A stretch of 64,000 bases of DNA from Paragordius varius (lineage: Eukaryota > Animalia > Nematomorpha), in contig OZ176051.1 of assembly GCA_964247055.1 (NCBI GenBank), forward strand, positions 9,920,001 to 9,984,000. Reading direction: 5' to 3'. A model generated the notes under the pieces. It worked only from the letters and a program-made list of their open reading frames with translations, did not search any database and had not been told where the DNA came from. Both the position numbers and the translations under genes were made by a program. Of the stretch, positions 13,299-27,600 are shown in pieces. Within the stretch, counting starts at the first letter, position 1. Each line of letters begins with the position of its first letter.

Positions 13299-14734
13299 TG
13301 TTTACAGATAATGGTGTTGATTTTGTTAGTTCGCTACTGTCGAGATTTATTGAGTATATTTAAAACAGAATATTTAGTTTTTTAAAGTTGTGTTTTTGTA
13401 ATATGATCAATAATAGACGAATTGGCTAGCAAATGATGTCATAGTAATCCAAATTTGTTTTTTCCAAATGGATGAAATAAACATGTCGCAGATGCAGTTT
13501 ATATTTCTTTCAGATATAATATAAATGTAAACTGATGGAAGATGATAGTGAATGTTTATGTTTTATTACACATAAAATGTTTAAATAAATTGATTCCAAA
13601 ATATTGAATTATTCCTTTGTTGAATTAGCCATCAAAGAGTTTAGCCAAGTATATAATAACTCTGACACAAATTTTAGAACTTGCTTGTGATCAATTCATA
13701 GCATAAGAATTTGTTAAATTTTAGACAAGAAGACAAGAAAAACACATATATTTATTGTATGTTGGTGATGAGATGGACATAAGCATATTATTATTATAAT
13801 ATATTATTTTATGCTCTTCTTTATTTCGTTCCTTTACAAAGTCTGTGCTCTTCGGAATTCAATCGATTTTTTAATAAGGAAACATTATATAAAATATTTG
13901 TGTTTATGTCTGTTGGAAAATGCGAATTCCTTTAGCCAATCATATGTGGTCTGTTTAAAACTAACTATATATAATGAATTAGATATTAAAATAATTAAAA
14001 TTTATAGACATATTTACCGATAAAAATGCTTTCTTTATTGTTACAAATCTTGGAAATATATTTAAACTTATGTAATAGGGATGTAATATGCATAAAATTT
14101 AATTTTAGCAGTATAATATTCTACTTATATAAAATATAAAACATATACATACAATATATAAGTTATTCCTCCAATAATTAATAATGTGAGAATCAATCAA
14201 TATTAACGAGGCAAAAAATAACAAATTTTATTGAACACTTAGTATTTAAACATAACATAACATCTCATTTTATTTTCTTTTATGTTTAAAATGTTTATTA
14301 TTCTTATGTGAACAATTTTTAACAAGAGTGTGTTTTAGACCGTTAAATTTTTATGGGAAACTAAAAGCAACTGTGTTACTTTTTCTAATGATACACAATA
14401 TAAATCAATACATTGTAAACAAATTATATTGCAATAAAAATTTTAAATACAAAAATGTAAATTATAAAAATGCGTTTTTAGGAATGACCGAAAACCATAA
14501 AATCTTTTTGGGTCATATCAATCATATATATGTTTGCATACCCATTAATATTTTTTTAAATTTAATAAAAAATTATTAATATAATACCTAGAGAGTCGGC
14601 GCCATCGATTTATTAAAAAAAGTTTTTTTTATATAAGAGACCGAATACCTGTTTAAATTAAATGCTTGTTGGCGAATTAATATTATTTTAGATGGAACAA
14701 TATACCCTTTGAATAAAAAATATTTCCCTTACTG

Positions 14735-15333
14735 TAAGGTGACCAGATAGGCTGTTTTTCGCAGTAGAGAACGGAATTTCGAAAAAAACCATGCCTGTAC
14801 TGCTCCCATTTTTGTACAGCTTTGTGAAATTAATTTTTGTTTAAATATTTTGTAAATATATATAAATTACCTTTTATTTAGACAAAAAATATCGTAGAAT
14901 TTGATAGCGTACTCTCTGTTAAAATAACCCAAAAAATGTTTCTCCATGAATTATACATGAAGGGGTTTTGGATCGGCAAACCGCTTATCAGTGCTTCGAC
15001 AGTGCCGGAACTATAAATCTCAGATTCGACCGCAAGATTTAGCCTAATAGCCCTTTAACTCAAAGCTCCCTCAAAAGTGACCTGAAAATTTAAAATTAAC
15101 ACAAAGTAAATTTATAATATTTTAGTAATAATTTAATTAATTTTGAAAAATCAATGTTTGTTTCATTTGTTTCAGTTAATTTATTTGTTGAATATTTTAA
15201 ATCATTTCTAATAAACTTATAAATATTTAAGAACAATATCATCTGTTATACTACAGAAAAAAACTGGTGTATAAATAGACAAAGTATGTTAATTTTGTAA
15301 TGCTGCCTGGGTTCAAAATATCTGGTCACATTA
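14735..15333. mobile_element. Non-autonomous hAT element (Blackjack/MER81-type TIR)
   Basis: TIRs TAAGGTGACCAGATA and TATCTGGTCACATTA (1 mismatch). Flanking 8-mers ccttactg and ccttagtg match 7/8, giving an 8-bp TSD. Confidence 0.75.
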
Positions 15334-18300
15334 CCTTAGTGAGGGAGCTTTTATTTTGTAAGACGTACCGGATATAATAGGGGTAATTAATTGGATATAT
15401 TAATTATGTTGGTTTGGTTGTATTTAGAAATTTTAAGTCATACTATTTTATTAATATATAGAGGCTTATCATTCCAGATTAAATCATTATCGCCAAGGTT
15501 ATATTAAAGGCAACAACTACCTCTATATGAATTATAATTAAAATTTATTATAGAAACCTGAAATTTACGAACATAATTAACATTTAAATTAAAATTGTTA
15601 ACCAAATATTTATTATAATAACACTCTCTTCAAGCATTAATGGGACACCTCGTGACACTTAGCTTCAATGACCTTATCATATTTGTAATTTTTATAATTG
15701 TAGGCTTTTAGGGGCAAAATTTCGGAGACCAGGATATGGATTTCAAAAAATATTTTCATATTTAACAACAACCAGCTATAAAGTTAATCGGTAAATAGAG
15801 AAAAAGTATCTAGGCACGTATATATATATATATATATATATTCTTGTTTTTAGCTTGATTATACATAAAATTTGGAAAAAAAACAGTTTGATTCATTTAA
15901 ATTTTATTATTATTGCAATTATATTTCAGCTAAAATAGAATGAATTTAATAGAGTAAATTTTCGATTACTACAAGTAATCTTTGTCAAACGTAAAAAATT
16001 GAAATATAAACTAAATATTAAATATAAGTTAAAAATATTTACATTAATCAAACAACCCTTATTTCATATGTATACTTTGATACACATGATTATAATTTTT
16101 ACAAAGTAAAGTATTGACCTGTCTGTATTTAATTAATTATGTGGTTAATTAATTTACAAAGTATGTGTTAGGAATAACATTTTTATTGTTATTTATTACA
16201 AAATTGCTTACACATTTCATTGGGAACAGGCGCAACTATACTTTTCCAAATATAATAAAAATCAGACATGTAAATTAATCTTTTTTCAGCCGATTAAAAA
16301 CCGTAATAATAGCTCTTGTCACGGTATTGCTTGTGAATCATAATTATTGGCATTTTTTGAATCGAATTTGTCTAATTTCCGTTTTATTTGAAAGTTTTTT
16401 AGGCAAGTTTGCAAATGGTTACAAAAGGACAAATAAATATTTTTCAAAATATTTTTCCCAAAACTTTTTTAAAAAGACAATTAATTTTTTTCGATCTTGA
16501 ACAAAATTACTCTGGGATAAAGTAATAAAAAAAATTATATGATGGTATCTAAAATTATGCCTAGTTAATTGGAATGTAGCCCATTTAATGGATCTTATAA
16601 TTAATTATAATTTTACCCATCTATCTTTGATCTTTTTTTTTTCATTTTTTTAATTTGTTAAACATATGGCAACAGCTTCACATCTAATTTGTTTCTATTA
16701 TAATTATTTATATGGTAAAAAGATGGGCCAAATCTATTGTTTAGTCATACATTACCGCTCTTCTCCTCAAAGCTTTAGCCTTGAACACAAAACAATGGAT
16801 TTTTTTTTCTCAAATAAACACACAAAAACCTAAGCACAAATCATAAAAGCTTGCAAAAATAGGAATATACATAGGGGAAAAAAAGAATAGAGAATTCATT
16901 ACAAATGAAAGCTAGTTAACTGCATCATGTATGTACAAATATATCCTTGTATGGGAAAACATCCTTTATTATTACAAAAAATCGATATTTAATTATTGTT
17001 ATGGTTAGCCTTATTATTACTTACTCCTTGTTGGCATTAACACAATACTAAGACGCATTTTTCCTATTGCGTTGAAAAATTATTCATTCAATACATACAA
17101 CACATCTAGCATTTATATAATAATATAAATTATCATCTTGTTAAAAGTTAAACACTTTTGTATATTTTATCTAATTAAATGATTTGTAGAATTGCCAGAC
17201 AATATGTATTTGGTGACTTTTGTTAACTGCGCTTATTGGTGGTAAAGAAAAAAACAGTTTAATATAAAACGTTTAATTTTTTATAAAATAGTACTGTAAA
17301 AATTAATTTAATGTAGGGATATATAAGTCGAATTAATAACTTGATGGGCCTAGAATTTTTTTTCGAAAATATAGATTCTTCCAATATGATGTAATCGATA
17401 ATTTTTATAATCACAAAGTCTAGTTAACTTTTTAATATTTGCTATGATATTCGGGGTTCAGTAAAAACGCGGTGGAATAAGGTAAGGGATCATTTTACGA
17501 AATATAACCCATTTTCCCGTGAGATTACACATTATAAGATAATATTTCAAATTTTTTTGAAGATATATATTTTCTAAACTTTAGTCTTTTATAAGAAAAT
17601 ATTTCAGTAACTTAATAAATATTAATTTTTTGAGAAAAAGTTCATTCGTTTTTTTTTCCTTGTCTAATAATTTATTTGAAGGATGCCATAATATTTCATC
17701 CTTTACCCATTGATTAATTATCTATCTATCTATATGTCAATATAATATTCTCCATTTGTTTAATATGCGAAAAACTATAAGATGTTTTTGTTCCCAAATG
17801 ATTTAAAGATGGAAGTTTCATATTCCCATTTGTCACATTAGTGAATATTATGTGTTATAGTAGACATTATAGAAAAAATAGATAATTTATATTTTAAATT
17901 AATTTTTTTATTTTATTATATCTATTTATACACAATATAAATAACTAAACATCTTTAAACTTATTCAATTTTCCATGAGCTAATATATCATGTCCCTTAA
18001 TATCGCATAAAATGTCATTTGGGCTAAAGTACACATACATATTTTATGATAAAAAAATAATTATACTTGGTTTTACAGTTATCCAGGAGTCAAATTACCA
18101 ATTATTATGCAAAAAGTAAAATAAATCATCATGGGCAGGAGGGGTGGAATGGCATGGCATATGGGATTTAATAAGGATATCCCCCCAAATAGATATTGTA
18201 GTTACTTTTTTTCGTAATCATATCCCATTAATAAATTATAAGTAAAAAAATAAATGACAATTTTTTTAAAAAAAACTTTATTTGGTTTTCATGGTGTCGA

Positions 18301-21300
18301 AATTAACAGTTTCAGTACCACATTATAATCATCATCATAAATTATTCAATCTTTTGAATAGGATTGAAGATGATCGTCATAAAATATTGAATAAAATAGT
18401 GGAAAAACAAATATGCTTACTGTACAAATATCTTTAAAATATGAATAAATATAATAGGGGTGTCATAAATTCGTATAATTATATAGACAACTATATAATA
18501 TATATTATAAGACAAATATATTGGAAATTTTTTACATCAATGCATCCATAATTACCTTCACTATTAAAAATAGATGGCACACCAAAAACAGTGAAATCAA
18601 TATACATGGGTAAACATAATTAGGGGAATATTAGATTTATCTTCATTAATCTATATATAGTAAAAACTTAATTACAGATAAATTTTACAAAAATCTTTAT
18701 TTGGTCATATATGCAATGTTTATAAAAAATACCACCCTGATTAAATATATAATATATTCTAATAGTAAAATGTTTTAGGATCAGCATGGTTCTTTTGGTT
18801 TTGGCTCTTATGAGGGATTTAGTTCTTTATACTTTGTGGTAACTGCTCCATAGAAAATGGCAGAATTTGCGCCCATTAAAATAAAATTTGATGAAAGCTA
18901 AATGCTTTATTTAAAAATACCACTAAAATATTTGTAAACTACAAATAAAAAGCAAAACAATATTTTAATAAAATTTTAATTTTAGATGCGGACTCCGAAA
19001 GTCTCAAAATTTCGAACGCATCCAAAATAAGGAAGGTTTAAAATTAAAACGAAAGGGCCATGATAATTTTTAATATCTGCTAAATCTTGATTAACGAAAA
19101 ATTCCAATAAAATTAAAATTTTGATCAAATATTTATGGCAAAATTTTGAAGAGAGTTTTATGGTATTTTAAAGGATGATGGAAGTGGTAAAGCACTTTAA
19201 AATATCATATAAGGACTTATAATTCGAGGAAGCTAAACATATCACATCAGAATTCTAATTGATTCATTATTAGCTTTTAAATTATGGAATTTCCATAAAA
19301 AATTATACATAAATTGAAGACAAATGGATATTTTATCAAAAATCTGAGGTTATAGAAATGTTCATCACAAATGAATTATAAAGGTGTTTTTATTTCATAA
19401 AGGGTTTTATGCTGTTTTATAATGCTTCAAAATAGCAGACGCTTCCAAAAATTATTTTTTTAAACGAATTATGCATTTTTCAAAAGTATTATTTGAGACA
19501 TAATCTATCAAAATGGAATTTTTATCGCATATTTTTGGGGCGTTCATTTTGATAGAACAAGCCTGTTTTAGAAAGGCGAAAAAATTTAAGTTCCCATATA
19601 TAAAAAATAAATTTAAAATATTGTTTTGCTTTTTATCTTTTTATTACATTTTAATTTTATTTTCGCGATGACATTTTTTGGGTATATTCTGCCCAAGAGC
19701 TTATAATAAACAAACTGTTTAAAAATGTTTTGGTTAAATATATATTAAAAATTACTTAATTTAAAAGCTTCCATAGTCATTATATTATACATCCATAAAC
19801 CATCATTTGCACGAGTTATAAATTGAGAAAATATTGCATATGATGATTTTTCTACAAATTTACAACTTAAAAAAATTCTGTATTATGGTCTAAAAGGCTA
19901 ATGAAAGCATTCTAAATTTGGCTAATTGTAAAATAATAAATTTAGATATTTTAATTTCAAATGGCTTCGGGTATGAATTTACCTGCAATGATTATGAAAA
20001 AAATATAGTAATGATATTTTTGAAATAACATTTAGCTTTTACCAAAAAAATTTTATGAAACATAATTTTGGCAGTGAAAAAACTCATTATTACTAATAAT
20101 TATCACTTTGGCTGCTTACTTTTTTTGTCCTAGTTTATCTTTTAAAGTAGTTTTATATCCCTGATCTATTATGTAAATAAACTACAGTTATAAAAGTGAA
20201 TTAAAATTTTATTACCAAAAATTTTTCATCTATTTAATAAAAGAGCTTGTATTTTTAACAGTTTTGTTACTTTTAGAGAGGGACTCCAAACGATTGAAAT
20301 GAACAACTGTCATTAGAATCAAAATATATCGAGTTAGTGTTTGTAAAATGTGGCTTAAAAGTTGTTTATGTTAATTACATACATTTTCTAACCATAATGT
20401 ACAATTATTGGCCTGTTGCATTAGCGATTTAAAAAAAGTTGACGAAAAAATAGCGGCAAAAAAGTTTGAGATATTTTTTTTGCAATTTCACATTTATTTA
20501 AAAAAATTGTAATGGTCTAAAAGGCCTAAAAAGCTTATTTTAATTCCCGCTATTTTAAATCGCTCTGGGATATATAACGCAAAAGGTTATGGGGTGTTGA
20601 AAAATCTCAATGCGTTCTAAAGTGATATTTTCCACTTTTTGGAATTGTAGCAATTGAGACAAAATAGCAAATAATTTATATTTTATTTTTAAGCCCCAAA
20701 ACCAAAATCACCATGAGTATCTGATACATGTATCTAAATATATAATTTTTCCAGAATATTTTTTCTACCATGGAGTGCATGTTTGAACAGTGATTTCGCC
20801 CATCCCCTCAGCATTTTTTCGGAGTGTAATCTACGTACTTGCTTTACAAAGCTAAAGATATTAAAATCAGGTTCGGGGCTAATTCTGGCAATAATTAGTG
20901 CTTTATAAAAATGACATTGACCAGCGATATAAAAAACAAGATTTTTGACTATTATTCGGAGGAGTATCCTATTATTGCTAGATCGCATCATACATTTTCT
21001 CAATTAATAATCCGATCTAATGAATTCGTCTTGAAATTGACTCCGAACTAATTAATAACGTGTCTTTCAAAAATATTTATCGCCAGACGCAAAATTCAAA
21101 AGAAATTGGTTAAAGCCCTAAAATTTTATAAAATTATATTATCCCTAAAAAAGAATTTTTTATTTACTTATCTCGCAACCAATTTTTAGAATTCGTGCCA
21201 TAATGGCAGTACATGAAAACTAAAATATGGTTCATAGGGATTTTTATAGATATTTATTCTGCTTATGCATACTATTGTTAAAACCTTTATCATGTTTATT

Positions 21301-21417
21301 GCTTTGAAATTAGTGGCGTAAAGTTTAGCTAGTTATTTATTTTAATATTATTAATTAATTATTTTCTTTTTGACACTAAATTTTGATAAATATTTTAACA
21401 TTCATTTTATCATAACA

Positions 21418-23977
21418 ATGTCAAGCCGTAAAACAAAGTCCAAAACAACAACCAAAAAAAGAGTCCAAAGAGCAACATCCAATGTATTTGCGATGTTTGA
21501 CCAATCGCAAATACAAGAATTCAAAGAAGCATTTAATTTGATTGATCAAAACCGTGACGGAATAATAGATAAAGAAGATTTACACGATATGTTTGCCTCT
21601 CTTGGTACCCCTTTTATTAATAAATAGGTAAAAATGCTGATGATACATATATTGAGGATATGTTAAGTCAAGCACCTGGTCCAATAAACTTTACGATGTT
21701 TTTAACGTTATTTGGGGAAAAGTTAAGTGGAACCGACCCAGAGGATGTTATTAAAAATGCATTTGCCTGTTTCGATGAGACTGGAAGTGGTAATAAACAT
21801 TTTTTATTTTAGGTACATTAAATGAAGAATATCTTAGAGAACTTTTATCAACTATGGGTGATCGCTTTAAAGACGAAGATGTAAATATTATTTACCTTTT
21901 ATAAAAGTTTATTTAGTAGCTACTGTTTTTATAAAACTACTTTTTAACATTTGACCATGTATCAATTTAAAACAATTAACAATGGCTTATTTGCGTTAAA
22001 ATATATTTTGTTCAAAATATTAAATAATACAGTATATATTTAATTCTGAACAAATCGGTTTTTGATTTCGCTAATATTAATTTACATCGTATTAAAATAT
22101 AATCATAATTCAAAAAATTATATTTACGATCCGAGTAAAAATGCGCCTTTAAAGTTTATTTGTGAGTACAATTTCTTACTTGATAAACATCAATGTATAC
22201 ATAAAAGGATTATTTCATTGGTTTAAATCTGGTAAAAAAATATGAAAATATATATGGTAAGTACCCTTAAAACACGTTTGACCATTTTCGTGACATTTTA
22301 TCAGCCCTTTGCATTAGAATTATTTTAACTCAGTTGCTGGATACCGTTTTATGCGAGGTTTTAACATTGTAAGAAATTTTCAGATTTATCAAAACCCTTA
22401 TCTATTGTTTAACGCTCCATTACCTTTTGGGGTAGTTTTATATCCCAAAGCGATTTGAAATTTGAATATCTTATAAAGTATCTAAGGTTTTAAACCGAAA
22501 TTAAAAATATGCTTTCTTTAATCTTTTGGGCGCAGTATGCAAAAATATTTTAAAAATGTAAAATTGCAAAAAATCCTTATCTCAAACTTTTTTGTCGTTA
22601 TTTTTTTCTATAAATTTTTTTAAATCGCTAATGCAACAGGCAAATAAATTTATATTATGGTAGATGTATTAAATCTAATTTTAGGACATTGTACCAGTAA
22701 AAACTTGAATATTTTGATATCGCTGTTCGTTCAATCGTGTTTTGGAGCTGTGTCAATTTTAGACTTAACCAAATTCTAATATAACTTTTTATTTAATACA
22801 TGGAAACAATGTTTGATATTAAATTTTACTTAATTAACTTTCTAAACAGTGAGTTATTTACAAAATTGAGCTCTGCAAGGTAAAACTACCTCAAAAGGTA
22901 AGAAAAAGTGAAAAATATGAAGTTTATATCGCAAGTCATATAAAAAACCATAGTTCAGCCATATATATGTCTGTTCTTTTTTCTAAAGTCACGCACGACC
23001 TGTCTTTATAGTTATTGGTAAGGTTATGTGATTTTTTTATGTTCATTATCGTTTATAACGGATGTGATTGATATTAATAACTTTTCAATCTTATTTATAT
23101 AAGTAATTTATGGGGTGAGGGTGTTTTTTTTAAGTTTTAAATAACCTATGTATATTCTTTTTTGTGTAATTGGATGTGTAATAATTATATGACGCTTAAA
23201 ACGATGTGTATTATGCCTATATTAACATATTTTAATATGACAAAATTTTGTTATTTATAATTTCGTGTTATATAACGCATAAAATGTTTAAAAAATAACT
23301 TTTGATTGTAAATGTTAACACAATATATGAATAAGGCTCCCATAAAGAACAACCAATTTATGGGGCCAAAAAATGTTTTTTTCCTCATGATGAAAAATTT
23401 TTACTAGCTGTTAGAACCTGTGTGCAGATATTATTACTTAAATAAGCATTTCAGGCCCCCAAAAAAGCACTTTTAAGACCGCCGTTTTATTATATCGCAT
23501 TACTTATAGTTAAAAAGTAGTTGTGTCTTGCTATTGATAGAAACTAAAATATTTTCTTTGGGCAATCATATATACATTTTATTCCCTACTTTGCATGTTC
23601 GTAATTAATCTCAGAGTCTTGGATTCGTTTGAAAATTGGTCGATGTTTGTTTATTGCTGTGATATATAATATAACTTATTTTTTTATTATTAAAGACATA
23701 CTTATACATATTGCTTTCATTGCAATAATTATTGCGTATATAAAAAATAAATGTTACTGTTGAATCAAAGTACAAAATTGATTTTTATATCACCATTTAC
23801 GCTCTTAAAATTGATGATTTACATTATTATATTGTATAAAATTCGAATTTTTAGATTGACACATTGTTTCACGATGCGCCATACAGACAAGGTGAGATCG
23901 ATTATCAGGGCTTTACTGAAGTTTTAAAACGCGGTAAAAAGAACAAAGAAGAAGATATGAATCCAAACAAATTATAA
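21418..23977 (+). CDS. MYL12/sqh: Non-muscle myosin II regulatory light chain, 179 aa
   Basis: Exons 21418-21604, 21628-21789, 21813-21880, 23855-23977. Encodes [42 protein letters not shown]...[18 protein letters not shown]...MGDRFKDED. Confidence 0.97.
21605..21627 (+). other. 23-nt GT-AG intron (MRLC intron 1)
   Basis: GTACCCCTTTTATTAATAAATAG. Removal restores ASLG-KNADD in a highly conserved protein. Confidence 0.95.
21790..21812 (+). other. 23-nt GT-AG intron (MRLC intron 2)
   Basis: GTAATAAACATTTTTTATTTTAG. Removal restores [17 protein letters not shown]. Confidence 0.95.
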
Positions 23978-24609
23978 CAACATTTTTTTGACAATATAAT
24001 AATAGGATTATTTATTAATTTATCATATTTATAACAATCTTTTGAAACTACTAAATTTCTTTGTATGAATTACATGCATATATATGTAATAATTTATCAA
24101 ATATTTGTAAAGATTTTGCTGCATTTTCTAACATATAATTTATATAGGTGCTGCTTAAATACTAATTACTTTATATTATGCAATAAAAAAGTAAAATTCT
24201 TAATAATTTTTTTGAAGATGATATTATAATATTATGAACAATTGGAGTAATTGTATTAATATATTTTCTAAACATTTTTTTCAAAATTTTTATCGAATTC
24301 GCTTGAAAAAAGCTATTGGGAATGCATCGTGTAAGTATGTTAAAAACTATTATTTTTATTCCACCATTTCCAAAAATATATTATCACAGTTTTACTGTAT
24401 AAAGATGAATGGCGAAAGTTATGTTGCCTACACAACTATATTTGCTTTTGTGTTTGTTTTTGGAAGCCATATTTAATTACAAAACATTTAAAAGTATATG
24501 ATGATTTTACAAGTATACAAAGTGAAGTAAATTATTATCGAAATATATTTTTGAGTGTTTATTTTCTGGTTAATCGTTCGTTATGTAATGTAAAAAGCAT
24601 GTGAAATTA

Positions 24610-27600
24610 TTACAAATTTGGATTAAGTGGTGTTGAATACTTCTTTCGACGTCTACGTGCTAACATCCGTATCAAATGTAATATGGCCCAGAAGATACCG
24701 ATTATGCTTAGAAGCCCAAGTATACCCCATAAAGCTCTACGGTATTTCATACATCTGGTCGTTTCTTTTGTCGCTTCTTTCAATGTTGATATTTCTTTGC
24801 GTTGAATTTGTTTCTCCAAATCGGGGTAAAATTTGTCCCAAAAAAAGCTTTGCATAGCTTTAAAATTGTTTCGAGTACCAAGTACCGGTCCTGACGCCTC
24901 CATATCCTTAATAACGACGTGTTTCAAATCGTTGGCCCGGACCCTAGGCCAAACCGTATTCCGTAGTAACGGTTTTCTAATATATGGATTACAAGAAAAA
25001 AATCAAACTAAATAATTGGAATTCCACACTCTTGAAAAAATAAACGTTAAATTTAAGAATTAAAAATCCTTCTTAAGTGCTTTTATTCAAATGTAATACC
25101 TATGTTTTGCAATATTGGTCCAAGTTTCCATCATAAATTCTGACATCAGTACATCAGGTATTTGGTAATTGTAATCTTTTTCAAATCCTTGCATTTCATT
25201 CAATATTTTAGCATGAGGCGTTTTTTCCAAAAAGCTTCGGTTAGTCATTGGAAATCCAAAAACATAAACCAGTTCGCTTCCTCTAGATGCAGCTAAACGA
25301 ATATTAAGTCAAAGATATAATTAGATAAGTTAAAGTTTGATAGATAAGATCATTTTTTTAAAAAAATTCGCATTTTTCTTTTATGGGCATAAAATATACC
25401 ATCACAATAACTAATTTAAACGTTTGTAAAATTTGAAAAACATTAGGCGTGTTTGGATTTATGTAATGATTCTTACCATACTTTTAATTTTGTTATCGAC
25501 ATTATGCAAGAAAACAAACTAAAATATTTAAAATATTTTTGAATAAATTTTACACAATATATATATAATATAACAAAATACCATTAGGAAACCAAGGAAT
25601 TCTAGCGTGTTCTGGTGCGTCCTCTGTTTTAGTTTCATAATCCCAAAGATAAGCGTATAACTTTCGGTGGGATTTCGCAAAATACTTGAGATCTTTCATG
25701 TATGGCACTGTAAATAACTGATCACCAACCATCTTAACATAAAAAATTAAGCTTTATATTTTTTCCTATATTATAAGGGTCAGGCAGATAAAAATAGGCG
25801 TTATAAATTCAAAACTAACCTACCCAAAATCGGAATTGAAAATGAAATAAACTCATCCAAGGTTAATTAATGTGTTAACTATGAATCCTTACTAAAAATT
25901 AAAAGCTAAACCTGTATTGCGCTAGAAGCGATCTTAGATTCATTGTTGGGATCTGACCAAGGTGTGTACAAAAAGGTTGCAGCCTTCTTCATAGGGATTT
26001 CATCGATAGGATAATTTTGGGAATGTAAGATGTGCGGAACTATCCGATTCTCAAACGTTTCTTTATTCAAAGTGAATTCGTTTCCGCTTATATTGTAGGT
26101 ATTTGCAGGGAGTAGAGGTGCTGGGTTATTTAATAAATAAATAATTTAATCATAAAAAATATTTGTTAGGATACGTTAATGAGTAAAAAATCTGTTAACA
26201 TATGTAATGCAGTAATCATCAGCCTTTGATTTATTCATGCCCGCACCAAATTTTTTTATCGGGCCACCTCAAAAGTTATAGTTATGTTACTAGCATTTTA
26301 AACAAAGTTATATTAATAACACTTTAAACAATGTAAAAGTATTTTTTCAAGCTTGCTCTATCCACCCCTGAGGTTAGGAGCCACTGATCTGAAATAAACA
26401 CATTTGACCATTTTAATAAAAACCGCCACTGATAACAGGAATAAGAAAGAAGGGAGAAAACTCACAATTAAAATTGGTGATTTTTAGTATAATTGTCAAC
26501 CCAAAATTTTAATATATAATATTTAAAAAATTAATTTTATTGGCAAAACACTTTTGAAGTAACTATTAAAAGTGTGTGTCATATAAAACGAGATTCGCCC
26601 AAAATATATTCCAAATCTCGAATTTAAAATCTATTATATCCAAAATGATTGTGGGCAGGTAATTGGGTTCGTAAATCAATTTCATCCACATATAATGAAA
26701 TAAGTTAAGATCACATTATACCATTACTAAAACTTAATAATTATTTAAACTAATATTTTATATATAAAATTTTATTATTTTTTCGATATATCTATTTATT
26801 CATCATTTATCCTATATTCTTTACTTATAACATATCCAGAACAAAGATGAATTAGATATTATAACGCAACTCAAATATATTTTTTAAAATTCACAAAAAT
26901 GTTTTTACGATAGTATGGGAGAGCACCCTCGGCGGAATTGATTCCGCACACAAGCACGGCGTCGGAATTGTATGGAATTTTCTTCATGGCCTCCTCAAAA
27001 TTTTGGCCTACTGCCTTTTCTCCCGTCAAATCTTCCAGGTATGGTTGAAATGGGTGATTCAAGTAATCATGGTCGTCAAGTGCACAAAACTGAAAAAATA
27101 TAATTATATAGAATTATATTCAGTAAAAGTATTATAACAATCCAAGTTTTTTTTACAAATGTCATTGATACTTAATTCTATAGATTTGAATATCATAAAA
27201 TGATGGTTAATAATGTGTTGGTAAAAAGAAGAAATACTCGAAAAAAAACTTTTTAATAATCAAAAATTTCGAAACCGACAATAGTAAGACTAATTATATA
27301 TTAATAGAAAACTTATTATCAAACATAAATCAATAGTCTTTACGCATCTCGCCATATAAATATTTTTTTAAATATTTATTAGTTAAAAAATGTGGGATAT
27401 AGTCAAACCTAAGGTTAAATCACTGAGGAATTATTACATGATTTTTTGCAAATTAACACGGGTCAATTAAATATATACTATTTACAGTTCAAATTCACCC
27501 TTGAGCAATTCAGCACATCCTCGAACAATTTAAATTCACCCTAAAATAAATTATGTGTTTTTTTAGGTTAAAAATTAACTATACTTTTTTATATTCTTAA

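Noticed and set aside
20880-21050. Faint resemblance to a PIF1 helicase motif (IDQRY...LLFGGVS) on the plus strand, and the 89-aa minus ORF at 20734-21003
   Set aside because: Too short and interrupted to support without a frameshift-aware search. The minus ORF has no recognisable similarity.
26170-26270. GC-richer segment resembling an extra exon of the cholinesterase-like gene
   Set aside because: Candidate frames hit stops, and exons 26909 and 26120 already join in phase.
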